From Azolla caroliniana (taxonomy: Eukaryota > Plantae > Polypodiophyta), in NCBI GenBank assembly GCA_043228905.1, contig JBHGNT010000006.1:3844001-3908000 (forward strand): a stretch of 64,000 nt of DNA, in the 5' to 3' direction. Positions 24,060-37,366 of the stretch are shown piece by piece; positions within the stretch are counted from its first letter, which is position 1; every line of letters begins with the position of its first letter. The position numbers were made by a program, and so were the translations under genes. The notes under the pieces are model-generated. The model saw nothing but the letters and a program-made list of their open reading frames with translations, was not told the origin of the DNA and did not search any database.

Positions 24060-25500
24060 GTTAATCAAGAAAGGGTCCAAGGAAGTTGATAGTTCCATTG
24101 AGGCCCTTCAGTTGACTCAAAGAATAGGGGTAACTTTTTCCATAAGTGAAGGAGCTTCTTCTTTCTCTTGTTCACAATCTTTGGTGAACCCTGCATGTTG
24201 TCATACTAGCTGCGGACTACTGCCACCAAGTTCTCCCATATCTCATGCAAGACATCTAAGAGACATTGATATGTCGCATCATAACGCCGGTTGCATCGAC
24301 ATTTCCATAATGCCCACAACGTTATTGTAGTCATTGTTTTCCATATCTGGGCAAATCGCACCTGCTTTCGAGGTTGTTGAAAGGGGCTGACCAATATCAA
24401 TCTTCTATTATGTATCATCATTGCCTCTTGAACATCGTTTGACTCATACAACATCAAACTGGAATGTAACATTCCCCACATTGTTGATACCCATGAAAAT
24501 AAGCAACCAACATTGATTGTTAAAAATAACGAAAGAACTTTATTCCTTACTTGTTGAGCCAAGGAACATGACCAAAGGGCATGCTTGGTAGTCTCTTGCG
24601 CTTCGTGGCAAAAGTCACATTGTCGAAGATTAGGTGTTACATTCCCTTTCAATGAGTGACCAACTGGTAAGGCCATATGCACTAATAGCCATCTGAAGAG
24701 AATAAATTTAGTTGGCCCCTTGAATGACCAAATCCATTTCCAGTAGGTTTTCAAATGCAAAGTTGAGACCACCCAAGTGGTCCAATGTTTCTGACCTGTT
24801 GGTATCCTTGCATTCCGAGAAAGCAATAGTGCTCTTCCAAGTTTTACTGAGTATTGAAAGAAATGAACCTTTATGATATGTTCCCCCAAGGAATGTGACC
24901 AAAACCAGCCCCCCGGATCCCATGTTAATCTTGCAACTAGGTCTTTTGCATATAACCAAACATATCACATATATGAGCAATTGAAGGATAAGGATCAAGC
25001 ATCCATTTCTTTCCAAATTTAGCAATGACTCTAATTGGTGCACTTCGCAAGTGTTGTAGATAACTGCACTCTAAGGTTGTAATGTATGATTGTCTAGGAC
25101 CTTAAAGTAAGAAGCGCACCCGTTAGGTGAAACTGCCTTGACAGCTACCAATGTGTCATTTATGAAGCATCCAAACCACATATGTTCCTTCGTGGGTTGA
25201 AAGGTTGTAGAAAACGAAGAATATGTTGATGATATACTAGCGGTCATTATCTTGGCACCATGAACTGATTGTAATTGTGCAAGACGATCTCCTTGTGACA
25301 TTTGCTGAAAATGATTCCACATTCTTATAGATGCAGCAAGCCCATTATCCAATTTTCCCCATGCAAGGTGAGTTCTCAGGCCCAACACTTTTCTTGCATT
25401 ATCCCAAAATAAAGAATTGGCAAGAAGAGGTGGATTATCTAAGGTGTCAATTTTCATAACCATTTAGACCAACTCCACGTCATCCATGGTTAATCTTTAC
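24060..25500 (-). mobile_element. Decayed LINE ORF2 3' fragment
   Basis: FRWLLVHMALPVG...CDFCHEAQETTKHALWSC...LWALWKCRC and terminal WNYQLPW; related to the 3' part of the LINE at 42.9-49.3 kb. Confidence 0.78.
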
Positions 25501-25807
25501 AAAGGATTGACGGTGGACAACTTGACCACCACTAAGGATATAATTATGCATGGAACTAGGTCAATTATGTTCTACAAGTGCATGGGCCACTATGCTACTC
25601 ACAAATGTGCGTAGTTTGGAAATGAATACAAGCTTTTTAGCGTCACATGGGCATATTGGGGCTTATTTGTGGAGTAGGAGAGTTATGCTCCAACTTTTTC
25701 CTTGTTTTAATTTATTAGCATTTCTTTTCAAATTAATTTGTTGTGGCAAAACTTAAATGTCAATTTTGTGGAGGTATGAAATCTTTTCATTATATCAAGC
25801 AAAAACT

Positions 25808-26660
25808 TGTGGGTGAGTGCTTGAGTTCCGATGGTGGTGAGGTTGGCTGTAAGTTATGTGGACATGCCTTGGAATCAATCTCTCACTGTTTCTAGAATTG
25901 TACATAGGCGATTAGCATTTGGAGTAGAAGCCTCAAAATTGTGGCAACTTGCGGTGTGAATGGGAATGTTGTCTGGGTTCCATACAGGGTCTGACCCTAA
26001 ATGGGGAAGGTTGGGCGGAACAATTAAACCCACACAGACATGGATTTATAATGCAGAGTGGTAGCGTGTTTCTATGTGATGGGGTGAGACCTAGCACAAA
26101 TTCTGAATTTTTTGAGGAGATTTGGCTTATGTTGGTGTGCTTATCGATCTGGCACATTTGGACGAGTAGTTGTAAGTTTGTTTTTCAGTGGCAAAAGCTC
26201 TCATGCGGTGAAGTGATGCTAAATATCTGGTTTGAGCTAGTGGCCTAGCTTCGTGGACGGTATGACTCAATTCAGGGGGAATCAGATGAAGCAGAAAGGG
26301 CAAGGTCTAAGTTCTTGCTGAGATGGGGTGGTTCTCCCATGATGGTCGAATCTTCGACGAGGCCTAAGTGGAACTACCATGCGCCTAGGTGGTTGTTTCA
26401 GCCGATGGCTCCCAATATTGTACATGGCATGTAAATATGTAGGTATAGCTCATAAAAGAGTAAGTTTGGATTAGTAGAGATGGTGTAAAATGGGGTTTGT
26501 TTCAGTTTTGCTAGGGATAAGGGCCATGTGAGTTTTGTTGATTTTGGAGTTGTTCGTCCATGTTGTTTATACTGATCCCATTGTGGATTCGAGTTGAACT
26601 TTGTTGTATTTGGCTTGCTAATTAATGCAAAGTAGTGTTTTTTTTGTTTTTTTTAACAAA
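25808..26660 (+). mobile_element. Decayed LINE ORF2 3' end and 3' UTR
   Basis: CKLCGHALESISHC...IWHIWTSSCK...NIWFELV...KWNYHAPRWLF, collinear with about 48410-49280; similar tail. Confidence 0.8.
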
Positions 26661-29600
26661 TAGTGCACAACCTTGTATGTTAATCGTCTCTATTTGAAGT
26701 ATCACACAAGCCAAGTGTGGGGGTATGAGAGTTTTATTGTAGCCCCTTTTAATTGATAGAAGTTGCCTTTTGAAGTATTCCTTTTGTGCAAAAAACTTAA
26801 ATGTCAATGTTGTGAAAGGAGCAAATTGGTAGTGTGCATATCAAACTAAAAGAACGAATAGTTGTTGTGATGATTGCAAACTCTAGAACCATTTCTTTGA
26901 ACTTGAATCCACATCGTTAATACAGTAGATTCATAAGTTCAATACACCCAATTATAATTATTTATTTGAATTAACAAGTTTGATATATAAGTTCTTAAGT
27001 GACATGCAATAAATTGTGGAACATTTGAAGTTTGTTGGATGATGTATGAAATAGATGCTTTCACATTGTTCTTTAGTTCATAATGTCTTGTTCATTTTCA
27101 TGGCATGTTGTTACTTTCCCAATCGATCATTGTATATGCTTTCATTAATATTTCGTGCATAAGATCGTTACATAAATTTTATGATATTGTTTATGGTGTG
27201 TAAATGCTGATATTACACTTGATTCCAAACGTTTTTATATCTTTGTACATCAGACACTTGGGGAATGCGTCTTTTTCAGAAGTGTTGTATTTTCTCTTAC
27301 TACTAATACAAAATTTTCTTTAACGAAACAAGAATGTAAAGATGCGACTTAAAAGAATCGAGCATATGAAATTGAGCAAATTGAAACTATGAAAATGAAG
27401 CATATAACTTAAAAGGCATAATAATTATGATAAAACAATTGTTGCATACTTCGTTTAGAGATTATTGTTGGCCTTTTTTGAAGGAATTAGAATTTGTGTA
27501 TATCAGTTCAAGTAGTTTGACTTCAAACAAATCATGATGCTCTAAAATCTCGAAAAGCTTTTAAATGTTAATACATTGCTTTGATTAGCATTATTGTTGT
27601 GACACCACACATTTATGCTTGTCTACGGAATATTGTGCACGTGGTTTGAAATCATTTAGAAATCTATGTCGTCTTCGTGAGCCATAATAGAGTTGCCCTA
27701 GATGGATTTCGACATGTGCACACATTTAGGCCACTAATCAAATGATAGAGAGAGAGAGAGAGAGAGTGGGTGGGGTCATGATGCATGAAATTAGATTGTG
27801 GCGTGAAGGCACAAGATTGTGGATACCATGAACCAATCAGCAAGTCACAATGAATATACCAATAAAAAAGTACATCAACATTGCTTTGATACCAAGACCC
27901 TCAAGAAACAGTCTTTGCAGTCTTGTCTCTACATGGTAGTTGGTGCCAAGTGGATATTGTGAATTAAAATTGATTTAAACCACGAAAGTAGCACACCCAT
28001 GAACTATGGAAATAGTATGCCTTCTTCACCAGGATGTAGGATGTATTAAATTATCGTAGACTAATGTTACTCTTACAATTTGTGGTGATATTATGAGCCC
28101 TTAGAAAGATTATCTAATGCGAAAGATGGGCCGACAATGTGCTCCCAGCCCCACCATGATAACATTAAAGTAATTTAATTCATAACCACTACATTTCACA
28201 GTATATGGCGAATCTTACACCTCTCACATGTATGTTTTTCTTTTTGTTTGTAACTCCTCTTGCACGTGCATGCCTATGTTAATAAACAAAAAAAACACCT
28301 AACAATTATTCACTTGACTTGCTTTGTGGATGTTTTTTAACTTTAGTGTAAATACATTTGGCAAAACAGACCTTGTTGGAGAACTATCAATCTTTTGGGT
28401 GAAATTTCCAACATATTTAAAAACTCTCTTTTCTTATGATTGATCATTGATATGATAAGATATGGCTAACTCATCCAATAGAGTACAGTAAGCATGTGTT
28501 AAATGTATCGAAGAGTTCATTCAATGTATGGTAAGTGTGCCCAAATATTAGGAAAACCCTCCAGTCAAAGCATCAAGCATCGTATTATTCCTTGATGAAA
28601 TGAAATATTTCAATTGGGGTGGATCTTTCCATAGAAAGCTTTGTCATGAAACCACAATAGAAGTTTTATGTTAGGTGGAAGAGGTACAAAATTCAATCGT
28701 AATGATTGGAAGCAATTCTCATGACCCCCATCACGGAGTTTGTATGTGTGGATATTGGAACTAGTTTTCTTGTTCTTTTGTTTAAGAAAACCTTATATGT
28801 TGCCAAGGCTTTGCTTCTACAATTTCAAAGCCAAGTATTGTTCAATTTGACATGTTTTGGTTATCATTTGGGGATACAAAATCGCGAGCTAATTATTGAT
28901 CTTCAAAAAAAGATCTTCGCATTTTTTAACCCGTAGATTTACAGAGAAAATGCACTAACAAACATGCATATAAAACAATATGTCATGTTGTGGTGTTGCA
29001 ACTCTAGAACATTGAGCATGTTGACTTTCATCATGGAGCTAAACAAGAAACTGTAACTACTATTTCAAGTTCGCATCATAAAGTTTAACTATTTTTGTGT
29101 AGACATCTTCCATCCGTTGCTCACATGAACCCAACGATAAATAATAGTTTCAAATAGAAAATTTAAAAAACACAATTATTGTGGAAATCGAGAGATTTTC
29201 TTACAATATAATTAAACCAATTACCATCACCAGAACCATCAACCTCTTGTCAAAGTGTACATGTCATCAATTGGGAAAGTTAATCGACAAGGTAGTAATC
29301 ATGTCTTTCCATCAATAAGTCATTTAAACGGAATGGCCATATCAATAGTCTGAAACAGTAATGAACATATATGATGAATGTTTCATGTAATACATATTGT
29401 TTTAAGTTTGGAATTATTTGCTAAAACCAACATTCGTGCTCAATAAAAACAATAGAAAGGAAAAAGCACAAATGAACTTCAGCTGTGATTTTAAACATCT
29501 AGTTTGTTCTAAGAGATGTTGTAAATTGTAATTCTTTCTCCTAGTTTTTATAATACCAATAACTCGCTTCTCACAAAGTAACATTTTTTCTCACTCCAAA

Positions 29601-30939
29601 ATTGTGAACTGTTATTTTCAACTAGAGTATATCAAAGCAAAACACATTGAATACAAACGAAATTTTAAAAAACAAGTGACCAACATTTGAATTGTTGTTT
29701 TCAAGATATCTTGTTTTTCATTACATGATCGGTGAAGTCGGGGCATAATACATGTATGAATACATATGTGTGTGTTCAAAGACTAGACTGATGAAACTCT
29801 CCATTTCTGTACGGATATCTACGATTTAGTGTATCTTGTTATACAAGTCCGTAAACATATTGTCCTAATAATATAGAAAACACTAAAACCTTTCTTCATT
29901 TACGGGTCAATAATAATTTTGAAAACCATCCAACCTTTTGTCTTTTCAAAAATTCTAGGAAAGATTGCTTTTCCATGAACCATGGCTTCAATGTATTGTT
30001 GTCATGAGCCTACCCTTACATATGCTCATGTTCTATCTTCTTTTGAGGTATTTTATCCACCACATTCATCTCTTGAAGATCTCAATGTTTGTAATATATT
30101 ATGAAGTCATATTTTGATGTTTCCTAGAGATATATAGAATTGCAATATACAAGGTGTTTAAAAATTTGTTGTGTTGGCCATTAGACACTTTTTGTGTAAT
30201 AAGTTCAATAGGTTATTCGGAACCTATCATTAAGTAGCAACAAAACCTAGTCACCACCATTGTAACCAAGAGTAAAGAAACTACCACTTTGCTTCTTTGG
30301 CATTGTAAAACAATTGTCATTGCTACTAACATGTGTCACATTTGAGATTACATGTCGAGGACAATTGATCAAGTTGAAGAGTCAAATTTTATTTAAAGTT
30401 ATTACTTTCTTTCTTTTTTATATGTATCACAATTGCCTTACCCCCCTGGTGGCAAGTCCTTACATTATTAGTATTACAACTTGGGTTTAAAACCCAATTT
30501 TCCTCACTCCTCTATTATTAGTACTACAACTTTCCTCCATTGGGCAACCTTACCAATTGAGGTACATCTCTCTCTCTCTCTCTCTCTCAATTAGCTTACC
30601 CTAGTGGTAAGTCGTTTACACTACTAGCATTACATCTCTCTATTACTCACCTCTCTATTACTCCATAGATATCGCTTATTTCACTAAATGACCACCTGGT
30701 CTCTATTGGGCAACCTTACTGATTGAGCTAAATCCATTTGGGCTCTCTCTCTTTCTCTCTCCCTCCGATCTTCGTGGGAATTCACCACATACAAAAGAAT
30801 CATATGTACATCTTGTCTTTTTGTATTGAAGATAAATAAGATATGCTTTTAATATCACCGATTGTGGCTGATGAGACATGTTTGAGCGAGAGAGAGAGAG
30901 AACTCATGGATGGAAACCTTAGCTTTTGTTTTTTTTTCC

Positions 30940-31110
30940 CATAAAAATATCCTCCATTGGTATTAAAATAGTCCACTATTACCATGAATATTGCATGCGA
31001 ATGTGATTGCATCAGGTATTAGACCTGATTTCAGCATACATTTGAGACATTGGACAGCCATATATCCATCTTTGTTTATTCCAAACATTCCATAACACAT
31101 ATCCCGTGCA
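30940..31110 (-). pseudogene. Possible PPR gene remnant
   Basis: Minus frame reads GMFGINKDGYMAVQCLKCMLKSGLIPDAITFACNIHGNSGLF, resembling the PPR motif A..F..M...G..PD.ITF...HSGL; degenerate. Confidence 0.45.
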
Positions 31111-33359
31111 GAGAGACCCTTAAATTCTATTTCATGTGAAGGTTTTTATTTGGAGAGTTTTGTTGGGGGAACTAGCCATAGGCAATGCATTAAGTAAGAG
31201 AAATATGGTGGACCCATATTTTGCCAAAAGCACATAAACATGAAATTATTTTGTCAAAACCATTGAGCAAGAAAATAGTTTGCATTGAACTAACCAAGAT
31301 TTGGCATGACCATGACAAAACCAAATATTTGATTTTTCATTTTGATGAAAGAGACGTGGACTTGCAACATATACTTGCTTCTTTTGCATTGTTCAAGTGG
31401 AAGATAATACTCATCGTTTCATACAATGTTCGATTGTTTGTCAAATTTGGGATTACATTTCCCAGATTTGGCAAATTTTGTCACATTGTTATTTGATGCA
31501 AAGCGAGTAGGTGTTTGCATAATTCAGACAACACAACTTGAGATCAAAGGTGGAGATTGTTTATCTTTTTTGCGATTTTGGGGATTATTTAATTATTGGA
31601 TATATGCAATGCTTTTGTAATTGATGGTAGATATTGTGTTAGAACATATCGACAAAAGTTGAAGGGAGTATTGATGTCGCAATTTTTGTTTTGTTTAGTG
31701 GCTAGTCAAGTGTTATTAACTACTATCTGTATATACAACTTGGATGTTGCATAGACCCAATACAATGATTAATCCATGTCCACATTCAACTAAATTTATA
31801 CATCAATTGGCTTGATGTACGTCTATTTTCTCAATAGTCGATCAATACTCTTGCTCAAGTGGCTTAGTTCTATTTATGCCAATCCAAACACTTCTTTCAA
31901 TGCTAGGAGCTTCAAAAAATGCTCATTCACATTTGTATCTAAGTGTCTCATATTAACAAGGTATTTGGGTACATGTATTCCACTCTCACCTTGCTTTTGC
32001 AATGACATCATGCCAATATAAGTCACACTTGTAGTCTTTGGGTATCAATTGATGAATGGTCTACTTTCCACATGGTAGGTCGTACTTGGTGGATTACCAA
32101 AAGGAACTTGGGGGGCTATAGTCAAGCATGATCACACTGTACTAGATACAATCAGTGTGTCAGAGTCATAACACAACGTTTGAGGCTTTTTTTGTGTGCT
32201 CAATGTATATTATGTGTAGTTAGTCGATCACTTTCATGTTCATGCTAGCATGTATGTTTTCTTTCTTGAGAAGCAATGTTGTGGTTGAGACATGCTACAT
32301 ACTAGCCATTACATATTTAACATACCAAGGTGAGTTACTCATACCGTATATCTATGCACACACTGACAACATATCATATAGACATTGGTGATGTTAACTT
32401 ATAGAGTTGACGATGGCCATTAGGAAGATGTTACCTATAGAACAAACTCAAGCATTGCATTATGGATGGACTATTTGGAAGTTTCAATGCTCCCATATAC
32501 TTGTTGGCAAGACACAATCTACATCAAAGATCTTAGCCATTATATGGACTATGTTGGTCCATAACCTTAGAGATCAATAGGATGCATTGTCGAGCTCTTT
32601 GAAGGTTGTGGAGGGAAGAAGACAACTTTCGAAGCTCCTCCGTAGCATAGAGTGAATGCAAGTATCATACTTTGACTTTGCACTATCATAGTAGTAGGCA
32701 ACATTGGCCATTGTAGAATATCTTTTATACAATCCATGCAAAAGTGAGGTTTTGAGAAAAGAAAGAAAGATGTGCATAGATATGTTTCTAATGGTGAGGT
32801 TGGATCCATGTTACTTTTCGGTGTTGCATCTAGGAGGTAATCCATTGTTTTGAAAGCACACTCACTTTAAAATGAGGAAAAAAACAGGCTCCTACACGAC
32901 CACTATTTCATGATTTTTTATTCCAATCAATCGCGTCATAGTGCTTCTCTACATTTACATAGTATTATTATTGGTATACAAATGTGTGTGTGTGTGTGTG
33001 TGAGTCATCACAAATGTTTGGAGATATGTTTTGCTATAAAGAAAAAGACAAATAATGAATGGTGTACTCAATTGCAAGTGATAAAAACAATGTAGAGTTC
33101 AAATCTTGTCCATGCAATTTCAGGTACGAACAGACATCCGGGGTCTAGTCGCAATTGACCTAAACCGCACCCGAAGAATTTTTCGTTACATCGGCAACAA
33201 AGACCATATCGGCATGCAATTTAACGACGCTAAGAGAAAGCCTTCCTTCCACGGAGAGAGATCGACTGATCACTGATACGTTGTGTTTACGAATTGGAGT
33301 GCCATATGTATATGTATCGCAAGGTCTCAGAGACCCGGATAATGGAAAGGTAAGGAATG

Positions 33360-33532
33360 TATGTATGGATGGATCATGGATGTATGTATGTATGTATGTA
33401 TGTATGTATGTATGGAAAGCCAAGGAAGTGAAGGAAAGAACACAGAAAGCCCGTGGGTTGGGTCAGTAAAAAGGAAGGAATGAGGGCGGTGGTGGTCCCA
33501 TTCTTTCTTACCTGCACGCACACACAGTCTCT

Positions 33533-33584
<52 letters not shown>

Positions 33585-33791
33585 AGAGTACCACAAAACC
33601 ACACAGCCAGGGAAGGAGAAGAAGAAGAAGAAGAAACTGTCCATAGAATCAAATCAATCGCGTGGATGGAGAGAGAGACACACAGAGAAGAGGAGAGAGA
33701 GAAGAGAGAGAGAAAAGGGAAAGAGAGAGAATGGACACAGAGAAGAGGAGAGAGAAGGGAAAGAGAGAAGAGAGAAGAGGAAGAGAGAGAA

Positions 33792-33830
<39 letters not shown>

Positions 33831-33897
33831 GGAAGAGAGAGAAAAGTGAGAGAGAGAGCATTCATGAAGCGTGTGGGATAAAGAAAAAAGAGGGGGC

Positions 33898-33930
<33 letters not shown>

Positions 33931-34137
33931 GCAGAGTTAAGTTGGAAGAAGAAAGAAGAGCAGAGAGAGAGAGAGAGAGAGAGAGTGTGTGTGTGTGTGA
34001 ATGAAAAAACAAGAAAAAAGGAAAGAAAGAGGAAAGGGAGCTGCTACTGACACACTCTGCGTGAGCCCAGAACAAACAAAACACATATAGGCAAGAAGAA
34101 GAAGAAGAAGAAGAAGAAGAAGCTCCACACACCTCAC

Positions 34138-34175
<38 letters not shown>

Positions 34176-34290
34176 CAGAGACCAGAGACAGAGGTAGAGA
34201 CAGAGACAGAGACAGAGGTAGAGGGAGGAAGCGAAGAGCAGAGCAGAGCAGAGCAGAGCAGAGAGAGAGAGAGAGAGAGGAGGGGAGAAT
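33360..34290. repeat. Compound microsatellite cluster upstream of the receptor kinase
   Basis: (TATG)n, several (GA)n, (GAA)n, (GT)n, (CA)n and (CAGAG)n; strongly purine-rich + strand. Confidence 0.93.
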
Positions 34291-34414
34291 GGGCAATGGA
34301 TAAGCTCAACGGACGAGAACAGTGGAGGATATAATCTGTGGAGAGAGAAGAACAAACAGAATGTGACAAGACACATTCCGGTTCGATCAAAAACAAACAG
34401 CTAATCTAATAAGA

Positions 34415-37366
34415 ATGGACGCTCCTCCCTGTTCTTCATTCCTCATATTGTTCATCATCTGCCTCTTCAAGTTTCAGGCAGGCATGATAGAGGACTACCA
34501 AGGAGGAGGAAGCAGGGGCAGAGCTATGGCACAAGGAACAGCAGCACCACTGCTGCCTCCTTCCTCAGTGATCAAGTACTTTGAGACCCCCCACTTCTCT
34601 CTGGGCTGCAATAAGAGCGAGAGGATCCCAGGCATCATCACCACCACCTTCCTGTCCAACCCCCCCGCGACCTTTGGGTGCCTCGTGTCGGCCGATCGCA
34701 GCGGCTACTTCATCGTGGTGTCGGGCACCTCGATGCCCAACACCCCCATCTGGGTGGCCAATCGGCAGCACCCGGTGCGAGAGAACGCGAGCCTCACCCT
34801 CGACCCCACCCGGAGCCACCTCATCCTCCGCGACGCCGACGGCTCCCGCCTCTGGGGCTTCGACAATGCCTCCGATGCAGCCGGCTTCGCTCTCACCCCC
34901 GATGGCAACCTTATCCTGTTCGATAGCCGCAATCTCACCCTCTGGGAAAGCTTCAGCGAACCCATAGATCTGCTCGTCCCCGGTCAGATCCTCGAGCCCG
35001 GCACCATGATCCAGGCAGGTTTCTCGTCTCACATCTCCCTAACCGCCAATTTCGTCGCCATCATGAAACCCGGGGGCCTGGTTTTCTATGAGAATTCCAC
35101 CTCCCAACCCCTCCCTTACTGTGCATTTGCATACCCTTGGACCCCCACAACCCTCCAGGCTGTGTTGAATAGCCCTTGTAATCACACTCATTTGAGCTTG
35201 ACAGAATATAACTTAACCGAAACACAGGCTCCACTCACTCCGCCTTGCGAAATCGATCCCCAGTCGCACCCTCCCGTCGAGTTTGAAGGCCCTGTTTCCT
35301 TCATTCGGCTGGACCCCGATGGGGTTCTAAGGGGTTACTACCCAGATCACAAGCCTTCTTATGACCTCTTCAAGAACATTAGCCATGGCTCATGCGGCAT
35401 TCCTAATGCTTGTGGCCCATATGCCGTCTGTTCCACATCGAGTTTGGGACCATCATGTAAATGTCCAGGTAACAACTCTACGCTACCGCCTTTTAATGTC
35501 ATATCTAATAGCACTAAGTTTCTGCTTACCTCCAACAAATGTACTCTCAATATTTCTCTCGAGTGTCAGCCGGACAGTGAACACCGCTTCTTGGAAGTAA
35601 AAGGTGTAGACTATTTTGCTAATGACCATATTGTTCCCACCCTTCACAATACTTCATTTGCCATTTGCCAAGAAGCTTGTGCAAGGAATTGCTCATGTAA
35701 AGCAGCATTCTATAGGACTAATTCCAAGAACTGCTTTCTTCATGAGGAAGTCATGTCTATGATTAGTGTTGTAGATCCGAGTTATGTGGCCGCTGTCAAG
35801 CTGCAGGCACTTGTGAGAACTGAAAAGAGAAATTCGGAGTTCAAGCTCATTGTGGGGATCACTGTCGCCACGACGATCTCCGTGCTCATATTTGCGGTGT
35901 GGTTTTATCGGAAGGAGAAGAAGGGTTTGCGCCGATTTGCCTTCAACAAGGATGAAGACGATCTCCTATCATCGTTACCAGGCCAACCGAGGCGATTCTC
36001 ATTCAAAGAGCTTCAGGCTGCCACATGGGAGTTTAGTCAAAAGCTCGGGGTGGGGGGTTTCGGTTCAGTCTATCGAGGTGTCTTTCCAGATGGATCCAGC
36101 GTAGCAGTCAAGCAACTTGAGAATATCACAACAAGCTCACAAGGCCTGAAGGAATTTCGAAATGAGGTGATCACTCTAAGCAACATCAATCATCAAAATC
36201 TGGTCCATCTCCGAGGTTTCTGTGCTGAGGGAGCACACCGCCTCCTCGTGTATGAGTTTGTGTCCAATGGATCTCTCGATACATGGCTCTTTCAGAAAGG
36301 TTCGTCTCGACCTGGTTCACACCTCGACTGGAAGACCCGCCTATCCATCGCCGCACACACTGCCCGTGGACTCTATTTCTTGCATGAACAATGCCGTAAC
36401 AGTATCATACATCTAGACATCAAGCCCCAAAACATTTTGTTGGATGAAAACTTTGTGGCGAAGATCTCGGACTTTGGGCTCTCGAGGTTAGTCAATGAGG
36501 ATCACAACACAGCCTTCACGAGAATGAGAGGAACACCAGGCTACATGGCCCCTGAGTGCTTGATCATCACAAATGCCAGTGAGAAAAGTGATGTCTATAG
36601 CTTTGGCATGGTTTTGCTAGAGATTGTAAGTGGCCGGAAAAACGTGGATGTGTCGAGGTTGGTGCTTCATGGAGACGATGAGAGCTGGTACTTCCCGGCC
36701 TTTGCATCCCAGAAATTCAAGGACGGGCAGGTCGATGAGATCTTGGACATGAATCTGGGTTCACTCAGTGAGATTGAGCTCGCGGAAGCGACTCGAGTGA
36801 TCCAAATAGCCTTTTGGTGCATCCAAGACCAACCATCCTTAAGACCTAGTATGTGTAAAGTTCTCCACATGCTGGAGGGATTTTCTGAGGTGAGGACGCC
36901 GCCACTCTCATTCAGCTTTGGAATGCGCTTCCACCTCAACAATACCATGGCATCTGCACCACAGACGCCTCAGAACAATGGCAAAACCAGGGCAATGGAT
37001 TCTCCCAATGGAGATCATCAAAATGCGACATCCCCTGGAAGGGAGGTATCACCTCGGCGCTCGCCCATCCATGGGCTGCCCCGCATGCCGTCGCAACAAG
37101 CCTCTCCGGTTTCTTCTCCTCAGCAAGGCACTTCTCACATGGATTTACGCAAATCTCCTCAACAACAGTCACCCGTCTCCTCGCAACACGCATCTCCTCA
37201 CCAGGTCTCATTAGCATCATCCCGGTATCCGTCTCCACTTTCTCGAAATTCGCCCTCTCCTATATCGACCCCACCGAGGACACGCCCGACTATCTCTTCT
37301 CATCATTCTCTCCCTGCTCCATCCCCAGATTCCTGGCATGCCTCACCACTAAACATGGTTGACTAG
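34415..37366 (+). CDS. G-type lectin S-receptor-like Ser/Thr kinase (SD2-like, non-RD), intronless
   Basis: 983-aa ORF: signal peptide, bulb-lectin (IWVANR, DGNLIL, LWESF), EGF-like (CGIPNACGPYAVC), PAN (CQEACARNCSC), TM helix, kinase (LGVGGFGSVY, VAVK, HLDIKPQNILL, DFG, GYMAPE, DVYSFG). Confidence 0.95.
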   Translation: MDAPPCSSFLILFIICLFKFQAGMIEDYQGGGSRGRAMAQGTAAPLLPPSSVIKYFETPHFSLGCNKSERIPGIITTTFLSNPPATFGCLVSADRSGYFIVVSGTSMPNTPIWVANRQHPVRENASLTLDPTRSHLILRDADGSRLWGFDNASDAAGFALTPDGNLILFDSRNLTLWESFSEPIDLLVPGQILEPGTMIQAGFSSHISLTANFVAIMKPGGLVFYENSTSQPLPYCAFAYPWTPTTLQAVLNSPCNHTHLSLTEYNLTETQAPLTPPCEIDPQSHPPVEFEGPVSFIRLDPDGVLRGYYPDHKPSYDLFKNISHGSCGIPNACGPYAVCSTSSLGPSCKCPGNNSTLPPFNVISNSTKFLLTSNKCTLNISLECQPDSEHRFLEVKGVDYFANDHIVPTLHNTSFAICQEACARNCSCKAAFYRTNSKNCFLHEEVMSMISVVDPSYVAAVKLQALVRTEKRNSEFKLIVGITVATTISVLIFAVWFYRKEKKGLRRFAFNKDEDDLLSSLPGQPRRFSFKELQAATWEFSQKLGVGGFGSVYRGVFPDGSSVAVKQLENITTSSQGLKEFRNEVITLSNINHQNLVHLRGFCAEGAHRLLVYEFVSNGSLDTWLFQKGSSRPGSHLDWKTRLSIAAHTARGLYFLHEQCRNSIIHLDIKPQNILLDENFVAKISDFGLSRLVNEDHNTAFTRMRGTPGYMAPECLIITNASEKSDVYSFGMVLLEIVSGRKNVDVSRLVLHGDDESWYFPAFASQKFKDGQVDEILDMNLGSLSEIELAEATRVIQIAFWCIQDQPSLRPSMCKVLHMLEGFSEVRTPPLSFSFGMRFHLNNTMASAPQTPQNNGKTRAMDSPNGDHQNATSPGREVSPRRSPIHGLPRMPSQQASPVSSPQQGTSHMDLRKSPQQQSPVSSQHASPHQVSLASSRYPSPLSRNSPSPISTPPRTRPTISSHHSLPAPSPDSWHASPLNMVD

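Noticed and set aside
25740-26820. AAAACTTAAATGTCAAT repeated near 25747 and 26792 as a TSD or BED-finger remnant
   Set aside because: The copies do not abut the LINE fragment ends and the KLKCQxC similarity is too short to call.
28100-28165. Minus-strand HGGAGST resembling a sterol glucosyltransferase motif
   Set aside because: Isolated short match with stops on both sides.
33327-34396. 340-aa Ser/Leu and Glu/Arg-rich ORFs
   Set aside because: Translations of microsatellites.
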